The notes under the pieces were generated by a model that saw only the letters and a list, made by a program, of their open reading frames with translations, ran no database searches and was not told the DNA's origin. Source: the human T2T-CHM13v2.0 reference genome, Homo sapiens. From it: a stretch of DNA of 64,000 nt. The position numbers and the translations under genes are program-made. The stretch lies in NCBI RefSeq assembly GCF_009914755.1, contig NC_060930.1. One strand, 5' to 3'. Every line of letters begins with the position of its first letter. Position 1 is the first letter of the stretch. Shown piece after piece: positions 56,860-64,000 of this stretch.

Positions 56860-59800
56860 AGCTTCCTGCTTCAGTATTACTTAATATTTGGTAAAGCCAG
56901 TGACTTCTTTTTATTTTCACTTTTTCATGGTTGATTTAGCTAGTCATGCATCATCTTTTTTTCATATAATTTTAGAGTAAACTTTTCAAGTTCTTTACAA
57001 AAGTAAACTGAAGTTGTGTTTGGGATTACATTTAAAGACTTTTTAATTTGGGGGAAATTGACATCTTTACAATGTTATTGCCTCTTCCAAAATCATGGAT
57101 TATTTCTCTTTATTCAGATCACCTGTCATTTTTTAGCATTTTGTAGTTTTCTCCAAATAGGTCTTGCTTAAATTAATTCTTTCTAGAAACTTAATGATTT
57201 TGTCACTATAATGAAAACTATCTTATTTTTCTAAATGTTTATTTTTCATAGAGATCTACTTGTGGCGTATGTACGTTGATTTTGTATCTGGCAGCCTTGC
57301 TAAATTCTCTTATGAGATTTAATAGTTTGTTGTTTCTCATTCTTTTTCTGGATAGATGATCCCATCATCTGCAAGTCATGACAGTTTTTTCTCTTCTTGT
57401 CTAATCTTCTTTCTTGTAACTTGTTTTCCTTTCCTTCAAGCATTGGTCAGAACCTCTAATATTATAGAAGACATTAATGGTAGCTGCAAAAATCCTGAAT
57501 TTGAGTTTATGCTTTCTCCACTAAATAATGTTTACTGTAATATTGGTGTACAATCTTTACCAAGTTATCTGTTCTTATTTCCATTTTTAAGAGCTTTTTC
57601 ATATAATATAAATGTGCTCAAGGTCCCCAAATGCTTTTTGTGCAGCAGTTGACTTTTTTCCCTAGTTTATGAATTCGGTTCACTTATATTAATAGATTTT
57701 TTCTGAAGTTGAACAATCCTTTATGTTTTGTGATAAAATTCTACTCAATCATAATACAGTCTTCTTTTTGATGCACTCTTGAATTCAGTTAGCTAATGGT
57801 AATTTGGGAATTGACTCCACGGGCATCAGAGAAATAAACCTATAATTTAGTTTTCTTATAACCCCTGTAACTGGTTTTGTGATTTTGATGACACTAGCCC
57901 CTTCAAATAACCTGGGCTGTTCTTGCTTCTTTTCTATTGTCTGCAACATCTTGTATGAAATATAAATCAAATGTTTCTTAAAAGATTGAGTTACTGGCAA
58001 AACCACGTGAGTCTTGAATTTTCTGTGAGGGTGGGGCTTATCTACCATTTCAGTTTTTCTATTTATTTATCTATTGAAATCTGTTTCTTCTTGTGTTAAT
58101 CTTCTCAGTTCATATTTTTTTAAGGAATTTGTGCACTTCTAAGGTTTAAAACAACAAGATTTTGTTCAGGATTTATTTTAAAATCTCTATAGAAAGAGTG
58201 CATGGTTATTTTCTTCTTTTTCTTCAATTTGTGGTTATCATCTTCTTTTATCTTCATTTGTCTTGACAAGAATATGGCTATCTTTTTAAACTTTCAAAGA
58301 ATGAATTATGACTTACCTTGATCTTCATTTTCAATCATTCAATTTATTTCAGCGCTTACCATGATTCTTTCCCTCCTTTATGATTCTTTGGGCTTGCCCT
58401 GATGCTCACGTTCCATCTTCTTAAGATGCTTCCTTAGCTCATTAATTTGAAAGCTTTCATGTTTTCCAACAAATATATTCAAAGCTACTAATTACTCTCC
58501 AATATTAACTATGCCCCATACTTTTTGATATGTAGTGGTCATATTATCAAAATATATTTTATTACATACTTAATGATTCACATATGAATGTATTAATAAT
58601 TAGTTTGAAAAGTGCTATTTTATCTTTACTTCTCTTATGCATTCTTAATGTCATTGCATTGGGTTTGGAGAATATATTCTGTGTCATACTGATTCTTTGG
58701 AATTTCTTCATGCTTCTTATATGTCCTCATACAAGGTGTCCTTTTTTAAATACATTCCTTTTATTTGAAAGAATGTATACTATCTGTTTTTAATTATGTA
58801 GAGGGTTATAAACATAGGTAGGTCTACTTATACACGGTTCATATAATACATATTATGAGTACTGTATTTTATAAAACATACATAATACATTTATATAGTT
58901 TAGAACAGTTTCAGTCTGAAACTACATATTTATATATTTGAAAATATTAATTTAAAAGTATAATTTATTACATATTCATTCTATATTCTTATACATATCT
59001 CATAATATATATAACACATTTATAAATATTATATGATGGCATAGTACCTGGAATTTGTTAGTTATTTGGCTTAGAACTTAGATCCCTTTATTTGGTTTTG
59101 GTCTGACTGGTCTTTGTTCCTCTGAGAGGTATGTGAGCCTCCAACTACAATAGCTAATATTTACTTCTCCTTGCATTTCTGATAGTGTTGTTTCATATAT
59201 TTCATGGCCAAAATTTAGGCAGACATGCTTATGATGGCTCTATTTTCACATTCAAGCTCATCTTTCATCAGTATAGACAATGTATCTTTGTCTATTTTAT
59301 AGACAAATTTATGGACATGATATTTTACCTTAAATTCTATTTTGTTCAATATTAAGAGTGCCAGAACAGTTCATTTTGTTTCCTAATAGTCAAATATAGT
59401 TTTCTAACTTTTTGAACTTTTTAAGATGTTTTTGTAAGTGTATCTATCTCTTATAGGTAATATAACATTGGAATTTTTAAAACTCAGAGTGTGTCTGTCC
59501 TTATTTTGTGAATTTAATCCACTTAAATTTATTGGAATTGCATTTATGTTAGGACTTAGCTCTACCATTTTATTTTATTTTTCCATTTACTGTGCTTTAT
59601 TTTTTTAATTCATATCTAACTTTCCTTTGGCTAGAGTTTCATTTTGCTAGATGAAAGGATATACTTTCTCTTGATGTAACCTGAAGACTCATATCTACAT
59701 TGATTTAGTACAATTGCTACATTGAGCTTGTCTCATGAAACAAGTACCCAACCATCCTTTCATGAGCCTCTAGTGTCTCCTTTTCACCCCGTGTTGATAT
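56860..59800 (-). mobile_element. Old L1M fragments
   Basis: AT-rich antisense L1 ORF2-like text (aattgacatctttacaat). Confidence 0.6.
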
Positions 59801-59809
59801 AGTCTAGAA

Positions 59810-60334
59810 CAAGGGTCCCCAACCCCTGAGCTACAGACTGTACCAGTTCCTAGCCTGTTAGGAATAGGGCCACACAGCAGGAGCTGAGTGGTGGGCAAGT
59901 GAAAGAAACTTCATCTGTATTTACAGCTTCTCCCCATCACTTGCATCACCTCCTCATCTCCACCTTCTGTCAGAGCAGTGGCGACATTAGATTCTCATAG
60001 TAACACAAACCCTATTGTGAACTGCGCATACCAGGGATCTAGTTTGCATGCTCCTTATGAAAATCAAACACCTGATGATCTGTCACTGTCTCCCATCACC
60101 CCCAGATGGGACTGTCTAGTTGTAGGAAAACAAGCTCAGGTCTCCCACAGATTCTACATTATGATGAGTTGTATAATTACTTTATTATATATTACAATGT
60201 AGTAATAATAGAAGTAAAGTGCACAATAACAATAATGCACTTGAATCATCCTGAAATCATCCCCCTGTCTTAGTCACAGATAACTTGATTTCCACGAAAC
60301 CAGTCCCTGGTGCCATAAAGGTTGGGGATCACTG
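59810..60334 (+). mobile_element. MER1A hAT-Charlie element
   Basis: 8-bp TSD gtctagaa at 59802-59809 and 60335-60342. Confidence 0.88.
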
Positions 60335-61192
60335 GTCTAGAATGTTATTTTTCAATGATCATGAAAGTATTTTCTCTTATTCTTCATTTAGCTCCTACCT
60401 GCATTTTATATGAATCAAAAAATATAAAAATAAACATTCCCAAGATGCTGGGCACACTTACTCCCTCACCTCTTGCAGCATCCCCAGGGTTTATTTTTCA
60501 TCCTGGCTTCCTTTCTCTGGGAGTGTTTTCAGTGGGGATGTTTGCATGTGGCAAACCTTCTGAGGCCTTGAGAATCCAGAGGTTTTATGATTTCACATTG
60601 GAGTGACAATTTGGCTGAATACAAAACACTATATACAAAGTTTTTCTTTAGTACTTTAGAAATATTACTCAATTGTCTTCTTACCTCTAGTGTTCCTCTT
60701 AAGAACTCAGAGGGAATTCTAATCTTGTTGCCTTGTAGGTGATCTGAAAGCCTTCAGACTTTTCCCTCTGTTTTTGATGTGCTTCCCTTTTACTTAATGG
60801 GTCTACTGGTGTTTTTTGTGTGTGTGCTGTTTTCCCCTCTTTGGCAATTTATGAATCTTTTCAATGTGAGGTCTTTTCTTCTTCTATAGTTTTGAAAAGT
60901 TTCCTTAGATTCTTTCTTCAAATGTTTCTTTCTTTCATCCTTTATCTCCCACAGGGGTTCTTGATACCGATATATTAGTACATCTAGTTTTCTCCTTCAT
61001 GTCTCCTAACTTGTCTTTGATTTTTAAATCTCCAGTTCTTTCCAGGACCTTCCATGAGAATTCCTCACTCCTCTTCCTGCTCACTGTCCAGCCACAGCCA
61101 TCCTTCATCACATACATTATGGGTCTATAATATTTTTCACAACTATGATTGCGATTTGGCTCTTTTTTTCGATGGATCTTCCTTATGATCCA

Positions 61193-61850
61193 TGTTAGAA
61201 ATGCAAAATGCTTGTTCCCCAGTGCTGCAAGAAAAGCTTCGAACATAAATTTAATTTTCTCAGCCAGGCAATTTTTACTTTCTGCAGAAAGGGTGCTTCT
61301 CACAGATGAAACAACGGCTGCAGAAAGGGTACTCCTCACAGATGAAACAACAGCGAGAGCACATCTGGACAGGGGAGGGGCAGCAGTTCTTATTCCTGAT
61401 GGTGGTAGCCCCTACTGCTGTGTCATTCCCCTAGTGGCTAGGGTTGGACCGCACAGCCTAAGCTAATACCGATTGGCTATGGAGAGGGCAGGGGTATGAG
61501 CCAGAGTGGTGGGGTGAGTAGTTTAGCAGGAAGGACGGTTAGGAACAGGTAACTAAAGGTGACTTAGGTCAGAGCAGGTGAACAGGATGAGTCAGGATGG
61601 AGCAGGTGACCAGAGGTGACTCAAGTCAAAGCAAGTGACCAGGATGAGTCAGGATGGAGCAGGTGACCAGCGGAACAGATGTGAACTATTGATTAGGACT
61701 GGCAGGAAAGTTGTTTACTGAAACTAGAAGCAAGGGGCCAAAGAGAACCAGGAAGTTAAACTTTAAAATGGAGAATCAAAGAATAAGAGAGCTGAATATA
61801 CTGACATACTGATTCCTAGAAGAGAAACTTGGGGTTCACTATATTTAACA
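61193..61850 (-). mobile_element. LTR10-family solo LTR with AP-1 repeat array
   Basis: TSD atcca; ggtcacctgctccatcctgactca repeats; internal 36-bp duplication at 61282-61353. Confidence 0.8.
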
Positions 61851-62133
61851 ATCCACATAGTTCATGTCTCCCCTCAACCCTTTAGCCAGACTGATCACAG
61901 GTACTTACAGTTCCTGGGGAATGGGAAGTTCCCATAGTTCTGCTTCACAAGTTTCTATTGTTGGCTGTGTTGTCATTCTTCTAAGGCAGTGCTTCTACCA
62001 AGAAGCCTAGGTATTTTGGCTTGTGAATTCAGATTCGCCTAGGCATATTAGATATGAATCTGGTAATGGGGAAGAACAGAGGCTAAATCCTCTGCCTGTT
62101 GAGGGTTAAAAGTGGAGGGGAAAAGCCCTAGAG

Positions 62134-62624
62134 CAGCAGTCCCCAACCTTTTTGGAACCTGGGACCTGTTTTGTGGAAGACAATTTTTCCACTGACCAGA
62201 ATGTGAGGGGTGGTTTCAGGATGATTGAAGCACATTATATTTGTAGTGCACTTTCTTTCTATTATTATTGCATTGTAATGTATAATGAAATAATTATACA
62301 ACTCACCATAATGCAGATTCTGTGGAATCCCTGAGCTTGTTTTCCTGCAACTGGATGGCCCCATCTGGGAGTGATGGGAGATAGTGACAGATCATTAGCC
62401 ATTCAATTTTCATAAGGAGCGTGCAACCTACAACCCTTGCATGCACAGTTCACAACAGGGGTCATGCTACTATGAGAATCTAATGCTGCCACTGATTTGA
62501 CAGGAGGCGGAGCTCAGGCGGTAAAGCAAGCTATGAAAAGAGGCTGTAATTCAGATGAACTTCACTGGCTCACCACTCACCTCCTGCTCTGCGGCTCAGT
62601 CTCTAACAGGCTTGGGGACCACTG
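62134..62624 (-). mobile_element. MER1A hAT-Charlie element
   Basis: 8-bp TSD ccctagag at 62126-62133 and 62625-62632. Confidence 0.88.
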
Positions 62625-64000
62625 CCCTAGAGCACAAGACCCCAGGGACCCCCATTAACTGCGTGATTGTTCTCTGGTTAGGGTTTTACCTTCAAACTCC
62701 CTGAGAGATAGTCTGTTTGTAATCCACCCGCGCTGGAGTTTGCAGGGGGAGAGGGCTACGGAGCAAATGCTCTGGCAGTTAGTTGTCTATTTCCATCAAT
62801 AGCTCATGGCTTTTGCTGTGCTCCATGGTCCCCCAGGGCACCTGTGACCTAGTCTATTGCAGCCTATTCCTCCAGTTAAGGGGAGGCCGTCATGGCCTCA
62901 AAACTCATGACTACAAGGATAGGAGCAGAATTTAAGAGTATTCCTCTCACCTTTCTCTGGCTGACATCTCCAGCCACCATCTGCCCCAGGGTGCAGTCAC
63001 TCTATTCACACTCACCCTTCAACACACCAACACGGTCTAAGGTTTCCACATTTTCTGGGTTCCATTTTGTTTCATTGCAGAAATCCATGTTGAACTGTCT
63101 TTTCCATGGTTCCTCCACAATTAACAACCTGCATCCTCTTCCCCTTTCCTCTCTAACAAACTTTGAGTCATGGCCTGGGGGCTCCACGGCTGTAACCTAT
63201 GCCCCAACCCACCAGAGAAGGATCCTTGGGTGCCCTGGACCTGATTTCAGGGTTCAGGAGCTAATCAGGCCGTCCCTTCCCAAGACCTCCCTCCCAGTGT
63301 TAAAATCCCTGAACTGAGGCCTGAGATCTCCATACCCAGCTAAAGTTAAGTCTGGCACTGTCCTCTCCATGCTGGCGGGAGGCCAGGGACAGGAGGGCTG
63401 GGACACACATGTGCAAGGTGTTCCATATGGACTCCCCTCTGGGGACAGCTGCCCATTGTCGTGAGAACATGGCAATCTTCTGATCACATCAGATAGTGCA
63501 TGTTTCTCTCCCTAGGAGACAGCGGACCCTGAAGGTAGCTTCCCACAAGCCCAGGCCCCAAGAGATCAGTCCTCAGAGGCAGGCCTCCCTGGTTTCCCCT
63601 TCCCTGAATCTGAGGCTCCCAAGCTGCCTGGTGACTCCTCTAATCTCCCCCCACCGAGGCCTCCAACCTACCTGTGTTTGTTGGGAGCCAGGTGAGGGTC
63701 CACGTAGGAGACGTGGTTGGGGCTAAAGGAAAAAGACAGCAAACACTGACTCTCCAGGGGCCCAGAAGTGAGCAGGGTCTACCCTATATATGAGAGGAGG
63801 TAGGGGCCCAGAGCCAGACCCTCAGGATGCCTTAAGCCAGGAGTGGCCTGAGCCTAAGATCTGCATGACAGAGTTGTTGGCGTGTGTGTGTTAGTGTGTG
63901 TGTGAAAAGAAGAGTTGTGGGTGTGCCTGTGTAAGACAAAGAGAGACGCAGAGTGACAGAGAGACTGTGTCTCTGTCCAGGGACCTCTGGGGGTATCTTC

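Larger units (their letters stand above)
55100..63722 (-). pseudogene. TREML3P: TREML3P (TREML4 paralogue), 3' part: stalk exon 63672-63722, TM exon 56144-56275, last exon from ~55699; 5' exons lie beyond the window end
   Basis: APTTSPTWTLTWLPTNT and RKSSAPICLGSAGPKLLVSVLCGLLLAKGLML* are TREML4-like; position upstream of TREML2; AATAAA at 55110-55122. Confidence 0.82.

Noticed and set aside
61282-61670. Repeat units as a CRISPR-like array
   Set aside because: LTR-internal tandem repeats without unique spacers, in mammalian DNA; no tRNA, rRNA or CRISPR features seen anywhere in the window

Overview
Human (or very closely related primate) genomic DNA from the TREM receptor cluster on 6p21.1. 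All genes lie on the minus strand, in this order along the window: the 5' part of TREML1 (exons 1-2), complete TREM2 (5 exons, 230 aa, plus frames for the 219-aa and 222-aa isoforms), an unnamed degenerate TREM-like gene at about 28.9-32.6 kb, complete TREML2 (5 exons, 321 aa), and the 3' part of the TREML4-like pseudogene TREML3P. The best find is the 28.9-32.6 kb remnant. It looks like the orthologue of the mouse ITIM receptor TLT-6 (B430306N03Rik; matched from memory, not by search). It keeps a signal-peptide exon, a TM exon and a Tyr exon with canonical splice sites and promoter PU.1/ETS motifs. It has no recognisable IgV exon, has a phase break after the TM exon, and has lost most of its last exon. 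The rest of the window is rich in repeats, including LTRs with intact STAT1/SRF (MER41B-like), p53 (MER61-like) and AP-1 (LTR10-like) motifs, and a nested LTR>inverted L1>AluY insertion. Repeat subfamily names were assigned by eye and need RepeatMasker confirmation; repeat boundaries are approximate unless a TSD is quoted.
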